Part shown: piece by piece, positions 23,323 to 31,345 of the stretch
Layout of the letters: each line of letters opens with the position of its first letter
Position numbering within the stretch: position 1 is the first letter of the stretch
From: Candidatus Saccharimonadota bacterium
GTDB taxonomy: Bacteria; Patescibacteriota; Gracilibacteria; UBA4473
NCBI GenBank assembly: GCA_020632335.1
Contig: JACKFV010000001.1
Location: forward strand, 420,001 to 452,000
Length of the DNA: 32,000 nt
Direction: 5' to 3'
Program-made: the position numbers and the translations under genes
Notes under the pieces: model-generated
What the model was told of the DNA's origin: nothing
What the model saw: the letters and a program-made list of their open reading frames with translations, nothing else
Databases searched by the model: none

Positions 23323-23794
23323 CTCTATTTTGCAGGCGATACCACACCGTATGCGCCACCGCCACGGCATCAGCCGCATCGTCGGTAATGGTATCAGTAG
23401 CATAGGTCAGCCGCGCCATACGCATCATTTCGGGTTTGGTGGCCTGTCCATTCCCCGTGAAGCTCTTCTTTACCTCACTCGGTGCAGGTTCATAGAGGAG
23501 GCACCCACGCCGTTGCCCCAGGTACAGCAGCACCCCGCGCACCGCGGCTACGTGCAGCGCGGTAGTGGTATTCCGCGCAAAGTACAGCCCCTCTACCCCC
23601 ATGGCATCTGGCTGGTAGAGCTCCAGCAGGTGCGTTATATCTGCGGCTACTTCGGCGATGCGCTCTGGTAGTGGCTGCCCAGCGCTGGTGGTGATGACCC
23701 CACCAGTGAGGAGCTGCGGTGACCGTTCCCCCTGCACCACGGCAAAACCACAGCGCTCATAGCCGGGGTCTATACCCAGGACGGTAATGGTCAT
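23315..23794 (-). CDS. ruvC: Crossover junction endodeoxyribonuclease RuvC
   Basis: VLGIDPGYERCGFAVV...YFARN...ITDDAADAVAVAH. The ATG overlaps the nrdR TGA stop (ATGA). Confidence 0.9.
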   Translation of the reverse strand: MTITVLGIDPGYERCGFAVVQGERSPQLLTGGVITTSAGQPLPERIAEVAADITHLLELYQPDAMGVEGLYFARNTTTALHVAAVRGVLLYLGQRRGCLLYEPAPSEVKKSFTGNGQATKPEMMRMARLTYATDTITDDAADAVAVAHTVWYRLQNRVA

Positions 23795-24303
23795 GCGGCG
23801 TCGTCTAGGAGGGACTGCTGGGAGGGTTTCTTCCCCGTGGCTACTGCTGGCGCGCTGCCCTTCTCCACCAGGCGGCTGAGCTCCCGCTGGAAGGTCTCAA
23901 TATCCTGGTACTCGTAGTACACGCTGATGAAGCGGATAAACCCAATGTCGTCGGTGTCGCGGAGCATCTCCACCACGTCTTCGCCTATCTGCCGAGAGGT
24001 CACCGTGCCGGTGGTAGCCCATACTTCCTCGAGCTCGCTGACCTGGTGCCGGATGCGCTGGAGGAGATCCGGGCGCTTGCCACAGGCGATGATAATCCCC
24101 CGCATGAGTTTTTCGCGGTCATAGGGCTCAGTGGTGCCGTCTTTCTTCTGTACATAGAGGGTGGCGGTCTGCATCCGCTCAAAGGTCGTCCAGCGGCTCT
24201 GGCACTCCTCACACAGGCGTCGGCGCCGCACGGCCGTCCCGCTATCGGTCAGCCGGCTATCGGTCACCTTGCTCTGCTCGTGGCCACAGCTGGGGCACTT
24301 CAT
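23791..24303 (-). CDS. nrdR: Transcriptional repressor NrdR
   Basis: Zinc ribbon MKCPSCGHEQSKVTDSR...RRRRLCEECQSRWTTFE, followed by an ATP-cone domain. Confidence 0.95.
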   Translation of the reverse strand: MKCPSCGHEQSKVTDSRLTDSGTAVRRRRLCEECQSRWTTFERMQTATLYVQKKDGTTEPYDREKLMRGIIIACGKRPDLLQRIRHQVSELEEVWATTGTVTSRQIGEDVVEMLRDTDDIGFIRFISVYYEYQDIETFQRELSRLVEKGSAPAVATGKKPSQQSLLDDAA

Positions 24304-24309
24304 AGGGCG

Positions 24310-24337
24310 AGTCTACTCATCGCCGAGAGAAATTCAA
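24310..24337 (-). promoter_or_regulatory. Leaderless-type promoter of nrdR-ruvC
   Basis: Minus strand: TTGAAT (overlapping the mscS stop region), 16 nt, TAGACT, 6 nt, ATG 24303. Confidence 0.5.
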
Positions 24338-25242
24338 GCAGATGGCGGCGCCATATGTACATAGACGTCCTGCTGCGTGAAGGGGATAGAGATCTTATTC
24401 GCGTCGTAGGCCTTCTTCACCTTCTCGAACATGTCATAGTACACGTCCCAGTAGAGCTCATTGGCTACCCACACCCGGCAGAGGAGATCCACGCTGCTGC
24501 TCCCCAGAGCACGCACGGCAATGTGCGGCGAGGGCAGATGCACGATGCGCTCGTCGGCGTCTACGATGTCTTGCAGTACCTGCTTGGCGGTGTCGATATC
24601 ATCGCGGTAGCTGATGCTAAAGGTGAAGTCTATGCGCAGCAGGGGGTCTTGCCAGTAGTTCTGTATCGCGGTGTTGCTCACCTGCCCATTGGGGATGAGT
24701 ACGGCCTTGTTATCCAGCGTTTTGAGCTTGGTATAGAAGATATTAATGGACTGCACCGTGCCCTCATAGGCGTCTACCTTGACGTAGTCTCCCACGCGGA
24801 AGGGCTTAAAAAAGATGATGAGCACCCCCCCCGCAAAGTTACTGAGCGACCCCTGCAGGCTCAGCCCTACCGCCAGGCCTATCGTCCCCAGCAGCGCGAT
24901 GAAGCTGGTCATCGGTACCCCCAGCACCCCTATAGCGGTGATGATGATGACTACCCGTAGCACCAGGCTTACCAGGCTGCTGAGGAAGCGTTCGAGGGTG
25001 GGGTCGAGGTGCCGGTGTTCAAACGTACGCTCCAGCGCCCGCACCAGCAGCGTCGTTATGCGGAAGCCTCCCCACAGCAGCACCAGCGCCAGCAAAATAT
25101 TGGGCAGGTAGCCCCCCAGCGACGCCAGCAAGTTCTCGGCATACTGCTGCAGATGAAACGACTGCCACCACGCGTGCACGTCTGGCACGTCGAGGTTGCT
25201 GACGTCTAGAGTGTTGATGATGTCTTGGGTGATGGTCTCCAT
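24334..25242 (-). CDS. mscS: Small-conductance mechanosensitive channel (MscS family)
   Basis: GSLSNFAGGVLIIFFKPFRVGDYVKVDAYEGTVQSINIFYTKLKTLDNKAVLIPNGQV. The start is taken at METITQ (25242). The 89-codon upstream extension is Arg/Pro/Gly-rich and looks non-genic. Confidence 0.9.
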   Translation of the reverse strand: METITQDIINTLDVSNLDVPDVHAWWQSFHLQQYAENLLASLGGYLPNILLALVLLWGGFRITTLLVRALERTFEHRHLDPTLERFLSSLVSLVLRVVIIITAIGVLGVPMTSFIALLGTIGLAVGLSLQGSLSNFAGGVLIIFFKPFRVGDYVKVDAYEGTVQSINIFYTKLKTLDNKAVLIPNGQVSNTAIQNYWQDPLLRIDFTFSISYRDDIDTAKQVLQDIVDADERIVHLPSPHIAVRALGSSSVDLLCRVWVANELYWDVYYDMFEKVKKAYDANKISIPFTQQDVYVHMAPPSA

Positions 25243-25244
25243 GC

Positions 25245-25273
25245 TTGCCAGTGGCGTGTCTTTCTCGTATAGA
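25245..25273 (+). promoter_or_regulatory. Leaderless-type promoter of the methyltransferase gene
   Basis: TTGCCA, 17 nt, TATAGA, 7 nt, ATG 25281. Confidence 0.55.
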
Positions 25274-25280
25274 GAATAGC

Positions 25281-25946
25281 ATGAAATCTGCAAGTGCTGC
25301 AACCTATGATGCCTTTGCGGAGGCCTTCTCACAGACCCGCCACAAGCAAAACTTCTGGCCAGAATTCGGTGTGCTGCTGCCCTATCTCGACCGCCTGGCT
25401 CCCGTAGCGGTGGTAGACGTAGGCTGTGGGAATGGCCGGCTGCGGCGCTTCCTCCCCCACCGCATGGTGCCAGAGGGCCAGTATACCGGGCTGGAGCAGA
25501 GCCTGCCACTGCTCCAAGCCGCGGAAAGTGCCCACCCCACCGAGCAGTTTATGCTCTATGATATGCACCATCCTCTGCCCTACGCTGAGGCGTCGGTGCC
25601 CGTCATCACGCATATCGCCAGCTTCCACCACCTGCTCAGCCGTGCGGCGCAGCGCTCTCACCTGGCCGAATGTGCCCGGGTGCTGCAGCCGGGGGGGCTG
25701 CTATTCCTCACCACCTGGGTACTGCCCGAGAAATACCGCTGGGCGAATTATCGCCGTGGGCGGTTCTGGAACTGGGTGATTCCCTTCGGCCCAGAGCGCC
25801 ACCCCCGGGTATACCGTCGCACTGCGCAGCAGGGGCTGGTGCGGCTGCTGGAGCGGGCTGGGCTGCTGGTACAGCAACGGGGCACCACCTATCACCCCTC
25901 GGGGCATGGACGCAACCACTATGTACTGGCCATTAAACCGCAATAA
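25281..25946 (+). CDS. Class I SAM-dependent methyltransferase, Trm9/ALKBH8-like
   Basis: FAEAFSQTRHKQNFWPEF compares with Trm9 HFSQTRYKPWP. SAM motif VVDVGCGNG. IASFHHLLSRAAQRSHLAECARVLQPGGLLFLTTW compares with Trm9 VVHHWSTRERR...LRQGGQALIYCW. Confidence 0.8.
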   Translation: MKSASAATYDAFAEAFSQTRHKQNFWPEFGVLLPYLDRLAPVAVVDVGCGNGRLRRFLPHRMVPEGQYTGLEQSLPLLQAAESAHPTEQFMLYDMHHPLPYAEASVPVITHIASFHHLLSRAAQRSHLAECARVLQPGGLLFLTTWVLPEKYRWANYRRGRFWNWVIPFGPERHPRVYRRTAQQGLVRLLERAGLLVQQRGTTYHPSGHGRNHYVLAIKPQ

Positions 25947-26008
25947 CCTGCCCATCACGTCAAGCTAAAGTCACCTCACAGCCGTGCCTATCGCTCTATG
26001 CTGTTGGG

Positions 26009-27175
26009 GTGAAAACACTGCGCACTGCCGCCATCACCCTGAGCCTGCTGGCCGCTACTGCGCTGGTGGTGCCGTACGCGCAAGGGGCCTTCCTCCACTC
26101 TAGCCTCTTCTTCTCGCAGGAGGATACCGAGGACCAGAGCCTCTTCTCGGGGCTGGTCAGCCGCATGTGCGAGCCCGTCTTTGCCTACCATCTGGACAAA
26201 CAGCGCACCTACCCGGCGCTGACGAAGGAGGACTTTACCATCGCTTATGACGGCATGCCGCTCTTCGAGCAAGACCCCAAGCAAGACCTGCTGGACTGGG
26301 ACGTCAATGTGCAGACCTATCACACGGCGGTCAACTGTGCCTTTGAGCACGCCATGCATGACGCCGCAGCGTACATCCGTACCGCGCCGGAGTATGGAGC
26401 CAAGGCCGTGTATGAGTCGCGCGATGATAGTGCGGAGGCAGCGCTGTGGGAGGTGGACGATAGCATCCCCATCAAGATAGAGGACGACAGCTACCCCGGC
26501 CTGCCGATAGAAAGCCTAAGCGGCAGCAACGGCGCTGACGTAGCTAACGAGCCCTATTACATCTGGGAGCAGGAGGATATCCCCCAGCCACCGGCACACT
26601 GCGACGCCTACACGCCTGATAAGCTCCAGCAGCTGCAGAGCAACCTGCAGGGCCAGTACGGCACCCCCCACACGGGCGAGTGGTATGCCCTGCCCGGCGG
26701 GGAGACCCACCCGCAGTACCACCTCTATCACCAGTCCTTCGCGCCGCAGCAGATGACCCAGCTGATGCTCGAGGGGCTCTGGTGCCCGTATAACCTCTAT
26801 CTCTCGGCGATGGAGAATAACTCGCGCACTTTCTTTGACACCTATGAGTTCCTCTGGCCAGCGGATACCGACGGTGGCCAGCTGGATACCGACATCCGCT
26901 CTGCCAATATGACCCGGCGCTACAGAGACCTCTGGCAGCGGCGTTACCGAGAAGAGCGCGCCAAGGCCTGGGAGAGCCTCAAGACCATGCTGCACTACTA
27001 CCAGCAGTACGTAGAGGACTATGACCAGTACGCGGTGGAGCGCAGCGTGGCCGACGGGCTCATCCTCGTGCGAGACCAGTGGCAGAAGATCCAGGATAAC
27101 GTCGAGGCCTGGAAGGCCAAGTTCAGCAAACTCACGGCTAATGGCTGCCCGCAAGACGGCAACGCCTGCCAGTAA
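26009..27175 (+). CDS. Secreted acidic orphan protein P1 (388 aa)
   Basis: GTG start. Signal peptide MKTLRTAAITLSLLAATALVVPYAQG. C-terminal helical region ending in ...TANGCPQDGNACQ. I recognise no family. Confidence 0.75.
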   Translation: MKTLRTAAITLSLLAATALVVPYAQGAFLHSSLFFSQEDTEDQSLFSGLVSRMCEPVFAYHLDKQRTYPALTKEDFTIAYDGMPLFEQDPKQDLLDWDVNVQTYHTAVNCAFEHAMHDAAAYIRTAPEYGAKAVYESRDDSAEAALWEVDDSIPIKIEDDSYPGLPIESLSGSNGADVANEPYYIWEQEDIPQPPAHCDAYTPDKLQQLQSNLQGQYGTPHTGEWYALPGGETHPQYHLYHQSFAPQQMTQLMLEGLWCPYNLYLSAMENNSRTFFDTYEFLWPADTDGGQLDTDIRSANMTRRYRDLWQRRYREERAKAWESLKTMLHYYQQYVEDYDQYAVERSVADGLILVRDQWQKIQDNVEAWKAKFSKLTANGCPQDGNACQ

Positions 27176-27184
27176 TCCTCCGCT

Positions 27185-28852
27185 ATGCGCTGCTTTTTCT
27201 CGGTTCTCTCTCTCGTGCTCCTGCTCCTCAGCGGGCGGGCATGGGCACTGGAGCCGCCCTATAAGGCCACTGAGCCCCTGGGGATGTACGGGTATATCTA
27301 CCACCTTACCCTCCCCTATACCGAGGAAGACCAGCAGGAGATCAACGACCGGCTCCTACAGTATGGGCCGTATAAGTTCGGCTCTACGAATGTGCGGGGG
27401 CTCTTCCCCGTAGATCCGCATGAGGGCTATGACCGTGTGGCGCGGCTCTTCCTCGATGAGCTCACGCAGCAGGACATCCAGAACATCATGGCTGGGCAGC
27501 GCCCCGCACTGCTGGCAGATAAGACCGACATCCCCAGTACAGACGTCTTCCGCATCTATGAGATGGTCCGCCGGCAGCACGACTGGGAGCAAGAGCTGCG
27601 GCAGTTTGAGCGCACACTGCAGACCCGCCTCTCCCTGCTGACGCTGCACCGCGATGACCACATCACCGAGCGCATTGACGACACCGCGAGCAACCCCGCC
27701 ATGGGGAGGGACTTTGACATGCAGACGAGCGCGCTGAGCTTTGACCGCATCACAGCGTATAACGTCATTGATAATACGCTCTTCCAGGAGTGGAGCGATA
27801 GCGAGCTGGACGACACCACTGAGGCCAGCTATCCCTCGGCGGTGCTGCGGCGCCCTAACCTCTGTGACCGTACCGGCCCCCCTGCCGGCGCTACTCCCAG
27901 CCCGTGGGACGTCTACCACGAGGTGGACCCCCAAGCTAATGGGGAGGATCCGCCGTGGTATACCGTGCCCCACCGGATGACCCAGCGCACCGAGCCCTGC
28001 TATCAACAGCTCTATGAGGTGCCCCCGTCGGCTGACTTTGACCCCCTGAGTCTGGACCCTGCTAGTACCGTGCGCGGCTTGTACTTCAGCTGGATGAACG
28101 AGCGCACGCAGCTGCCCATCTACACCGACCGCTGCAACCTGCCCGAGCACCTGGGCGAGAAGGTAGAGAACGGCCAGGTACGCCTGCGCGTGGGGGAGGG
28201 CATGGAGAACTCTGGCCCCTGTAGCGGCTTCCGTAAGAGTGAGATAGACAGCAGTGGCGAGTGCATCACCTGCAGCATGACGGCCGTGCATGAAGACCTA
28301 CAGGAGCTCAACGAGCACCCGCTGTATGCCGAGTGTTTCTCGATGCAGACGGGCGGGCGGATGATCGTCAATGGTCTCAATGACCTGGGGTGTGAGCAGC
28401 GCATGCCGCCTGCAGAGCTCTTCGGTGGGTATGACAGTGGGCTCAAGAGCCTGCTGTGGGAGCAACGCCAGGACTTCTGGACCCTCCCCACACAGGGGAC
28501 GGAGAATGGTGGAGCGCCGCTCTCGCTCATCGCCAGCCGCTACCAGCCCTATGAGCAGCTCCCCTTTACCGAGGTTAGCTGCGCCCGGGCCCTCACCTTT
28601 GCCGAGGACGAACTGGCCAGCCGCGCTGTACAGGCCCTGCAGGAGTGCGAAGACCAGCGTGCTCTGCGGCGGGCCTCCCTATTGAAAAAGCTGGAGCACG
28701 AGAGCTATGCGCGGATGCAGCGGCTCTACGCTATGCGGATGGAAGAGGCGCACCGCGTGCTGAGCCATGACCTGACCGGTATGCTCATCACCCTCTCTCA
28801 TCTGCGGGACTACCTGGAGTGTCACGCAGACAACAAATGCAAGGTCAACTAA
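27185..28852 (+). CDS. Secreted acidic orphan protein P2 (555 aa)
   Basis: Starts 9 nt after P1. Signal peptide MRCFFSVLSLVLLLLSGRAWA. Cys-rich middle region. C-terminal helical region ending in ...YLECHADNKCKVN. Confidence 0.75.
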   Translation: MRCFFSVLSLVLLLLSGRAWALEPPYKATEPLGMYGYIYHLTLPYTEEDQQEINDRLLQYGPYKFGSTNVRGLFPVDPHEGYDRVARLFLDELTQQDIQNIMAGQRPALLADKTDIPSTDVFRIYEMVRRQHDWEQELRQFERTLQTRLSLLTLHRDDHITERIDDTASNPAMGRDFDMQTSALSFDRITAYNVIDNTLFQEWSDSELDDTTEASYPSAVLRRPNLCDRTGPPAGATPSPWDVYHEVDPQANGEDPPWYTVPHRMTQRTEPCYQQLYEVPPSADFDPLSLDPASTVRGLYFSWMNERTQLPIYTDRCNLPEHLGEKVENGQVRLRVGEGMENSGPCSGFRKSEIDSSGECITCSMTAVHEDLQELNEHPLYAECFSMQTGGRMIVNGLNDLGCEQRMPPAELFGGYDSGLKSLLWEQRQDFWTLPTQGTENGGAPLSLIASRYQPYEQLPFTEVSCARALTFAEDELASRAVQALQECEDQRALRRASLLKKLEHESYARMQRLYAMRMEEAHRVLSHDLTGMLITLSHLRDYLECHADNKCKVN

Positions 28853-28863
28853 TATGAAGTTTC

Positions 28864-29421
28864 ATGCGCTTTTCTCTTCTTCGGCAGCGGCGGCTACTTC
28901 TCAGCCTGGGGCTGGGGCTCGCGCTGGTGGCGGGGATCGCGCTAGCGCAGCAGACCAGCAAGTGGGATATCTCCATCTACGGGACGCTACAGGATATGGA
29001 AGATACCCGCTTTGGCGATGATGCGCTCACGGGGGAGGACTCCATCAGCCAGGTGCAGGAGCAGCTACGGGTGAATCTGGCCCAGAAGAACCAGGCGGTA
29101 TATAAACGTAGCGATGCCTTCTACGACGAGTGGATACGCGAGCCGGCCTATGCCAATGCTGTTGCTGAGGATATCCTGCGGGCTGAGGAGACGTGGGACT
29201 CGCTCACGCGCCTGATGGATGACTACGCGTATGAGAGCGCGTATATCTATAGCAATGTGCTGCAGAGCGCCTATGACCACGCTGCTATGCATAAACAGGT
29301 CGAGCAGGTGTCGCTCAGTGCGGTAAAGGGCATCTATCACGAGTCTCAGCGTATGAACGGCTTTATCTGCAGTATCTGTCAGCTCCATAACTCCCCCAGC
29401 CAATGCCCCGCCTGCCACTAA
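28864..29421 (+). CDS. Secreted orphan protein P3 (185 aa) with a C-terminal CxxC-x8-CxxC-H tail
   Basis: Starts 11 nt after P2. Signal peptide MRFSLLRQRRLLLSLGLGLALVAGIALA. The body looks helical. The tail is FICSICQLHNSPSQCPACH. Confidence 0.75.
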   Translation: MRFSLLRQRRLLLSLGLGLALVAGIALAQQTSKWDISIYGTLQDMEDTRFGDDALTGEDSISQVQEQLRVNLAQKNQAVYKRSDAFYDEWIREPAYANAVAEDILRAEETWDSLTRLMDDYAYESAYIYSNVLQSAYDHAAMHKQVEQVSLSAVKGIYHESQRMNGFICSICQLHNSPSQCPACH

Positions 29422-30041
29422 GCCTGCTGCTCACAGTGCTCTCTACCACGGCCGCAGCGCAGGTGGTGGAGCCTCCCATTGCCGTGTGCCCCTATAACCC
29501 CGACTATAGCGAGGTCTACACCGACCCCGAACTCGAGCGCGTGTGCCTGCTGGACGACCCGCTGCAAGAGGTCACGCGGGATGGCTTCATGGCTGAGCTG
29601 GACCGCTTCCAGCATCAGGTAGACCGTGCTGCGCTGGATATGATCACCGATAGCGCGCAGCTGGCCAGCCACCTGGTCTATCAGCTACGGGAGCACGTGG
29701 ACTGCCTGGAGCAGCTGTGCTATAGCGCCTGGCTGGAGTGCACGCAGCAGGTACCCATTACCCCTTCACAGACCAGCGAGAGCCTGCAGTGGTGCCTGCA
29801 TACCATTGAGTGGATCACCCAGGTGCAGGAGGAAAAGATAGAGTCCACCCTGCTGGAGCGGCAGAATCTGCTCGCTACAGGCCTACTAGACGAGAAGCAC
29901 TATGCCCTCCACTGGCGGTACGACGCGTATATGGAGCCCGCGCTACTGAGCCTCAGCTCGCAGCTGCACGAGTTCCTCAAGGGCATCACGGCGCTCATTA
30001 AGGTACCGTTTGCCTTCCGGCCGTTGTGGTGGTGGGTCTAG
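29403..30041 (+). CDS. Secreted orphan protein P4 (212 aa)
   Basis: Overlaps P3 by 19 nt. Signal peptide MPRLPLSLLLTVLSTTAAA. Six Cys residues in the N-terminal half. Helical C-terminal half ending in the aromatic tail VPFAFRPLWWWV. Confidence 0.75.
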   Translation: MPRLPLSLLLTVLSTTAAAQVVEPPIAVCPYNPDYSEVYTDPELERVCLLDDPLQEVTRDGFMAELDRFQHQVDRAALDMITDSAQLASHLVYQLREHVDCLEQLCYSAWLECTQQVPITPSQTSESLQWCLHTIEWITQVQEEKIESTLLERQNLLATGLLDEKHYALHWRYDAYMEPALLSLSSQLHEFLKGITALIKVPFAFRPLWWWV

Positions 30042-30047
30042 CAGTCC

Positions 30048-31265
30048 CTACTGCGTAATGCTATGCGCGATGCTGAGGAGGGTATCCCTCAGTGCTGCCG
30101 GGCCGGTGAGCGAGAAGAGAGTACGGCTGTCGCGCGGGACGTGCACGGTGATGGTATCGCCATTCTGGATCTCTCGGAGCGTGCTGGGGGGGTTCTGTGT
30201 CTTTAAGATATCGAGCCGGAACTGCATGGTCTGCTCGGTGGGGATTTCTCCCGTTGCAAAGCCGATGGTGGTGATGCTCTCCCCCACTGGCCCAAAGTGC
30301 ATGTAGTAGTACTGCCAGGGTATCTGTACATTGAACCCGTAGTAGTTGCTGGTGTAGCTGTGGTAGCGGCTGCCGAGCATGGGGATGTAGTCGCTGGGGT
30401 TGCCCTCCTCGGGCAGGGGGTCTGGCGTGGGGGGGGTGGAAGGATCCGTACTCGGTGAAGTCTCTGCCGGTGCGGTGGGAGGGGATTCTGGCGTGGGGGG
30501 TTCCCCCTCCAGGAAGGTATTGAGCAGCGCCGCAAAGGCACGCTTACGGCTGTAGTCCTCGGCAGCGCTGGTGAACCAGAACCGGTATTCCTGCCCCGGC
30601 GAGGCCTGAGAACGGAGAATGACCTCTTGGCGCTCGGTACCGTTGGCCTCCAGCACGACGGTCTTGATGGCCGGCAGAGAGCCGATCTGGCTCTGCGCGG
30701 GGGTGTCGGGCGAGGTAATGGCCCGGCGCTCGAAGCTGAGAAAGACCTTCTTCAGCTCGTCCTCGGCCTGGAAGAAGTAGGCGATTCCCTCGGGGGAGGG
30801 GCTCCAGCGCCAGTCGGCCGGCACGGTGAACTGGTAGCCGTCTCCCGTATAGTGCTGCTCGGTGGGGGGTGGGGTCTTGGTGGGGAGTGGGAGCTCGGGC
30901 GTGGTGACGGCCTCTACCCAGAATATCCGGCGCATTTTCTCGGGTCGGAACCTCCCGGTGAGTTCTACGCTCGTGTTCTCGCTCTCCTGCAGGGGTACTG
31001 CGCTGCTGGCCAGGTAGGCGATGAGCTTGCCATCGGCCTCCAGCCGGTGGGTGGCGGCGGTGGGCACACTGACGGAAAACGGCAGCACTACCCCCTCGAG
31101 GGTCTGCAAGGTGGGTTCCTCCAGCGCGGCCATGGGGTCACTATCGGCCAGCTGACCGGCTACCCCGGTGGCGGCGTCGTGCACATAGGTCTTCAGGCTG
31201 GTGCCTGCACAGGCCGTCAGCCCCACCCCCAGCAGTACCACGAGCGTATAGCGTAGCATTCCCAT
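30048..31265 (-). CDS. Lipoprotein with three modules joined by Pro/Thr-rich linkers
   Basis: Lipobox LLGVGLTAC after a signal sequence. Linkers: PELPLPTKTPPPTE and EPPTPESPPTAPAETSPSTDPSTPPTPDPLPEE. Modules 2 and 3 both open with Y(T)..GY.F.VP..W-like strands. Confidence 0.8.
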   Translation of the reverse strand: MGMLRYTLVVLLGVGLTACAGTSLKTYVHDAATGVAGQLADSDPMAALEEPTLQTLEGVVLPFSVSVPTAATHRLEADGKLIAYLASSAVPLQESENTSVELTGRFRPEKMRRIFWVEAVTTPELPLPTKTPPPTEQHYTGDGYQFTVPADWRWSPSPEGIAYFFQAEDELKKVFLSFERRAITSPDTPAQSQIGSLPAIKTVVLEANGTERQEVILRSQASPGQEYRFWFTSAAEDYSRKRAFAALLNTFLEGEPPTPESPPTAPAETSPSTDPSTPPTPDPLPEEGNPSDYIPMLGSRYHSYTSNYYGFNVQIPWQYYYMHFGPVGESITTIGFATGEIPTEQTMQFRLDILKTQNPPSTLREIQNGDTITVHVPRDSRTLFSLTGPAALRDTLLSIAHSITQ

Positions 31266-31272
31266 CTCTCCC

Positions 31273-31300
31273 AGCGTAGATTCTGCAGAGGGATCGTCAA
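31273..31300 (-). promoter_or_regulatory. Leaderless-type promoter of the lipoprotein gene
   Basis: Minus strand: TTGACG, 16 nt, TACGCT, 7 nt, ATG 31265. Confidence 0.5.
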
Positions 31301-31309
31301 CTGAAATAC

Positions 31310-31339
31310 TTGCTCTTGGCGCTTCAGCGCTGGTATACT
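31310..31339 (+). promoter_or_regulatory. Leaderless-type promoter of the 31346 membrane-protein gene
   Basis: TTGCTC, 18 nt, TATACT, 6 nt, ATG 31346. The spacer contains the small palindrome GCGCttcaGCGC. Confidence 0.45.
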
Positions 31340-31345
31340 AGGGAG

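Noticed and set aside
23111-23671. 186-aa plus-strand ORF spanning the tRNA-Trp gene and the ruvC region.
   Set aside because: It overlaps a well-folded tRNA and is antisense to ruvC. The product has no recognisable features.
31266-31272. GGGAGAG immediately upstream of the lipoprotein ATG (and AGGGAG before ATG 31346) as Shine-Dalgarno sites.
   Set aside because: They abut the start codon with zero spacing, which is incompatible with SD function. They fall in the -6..-1 spacer of the leaderless promoters.
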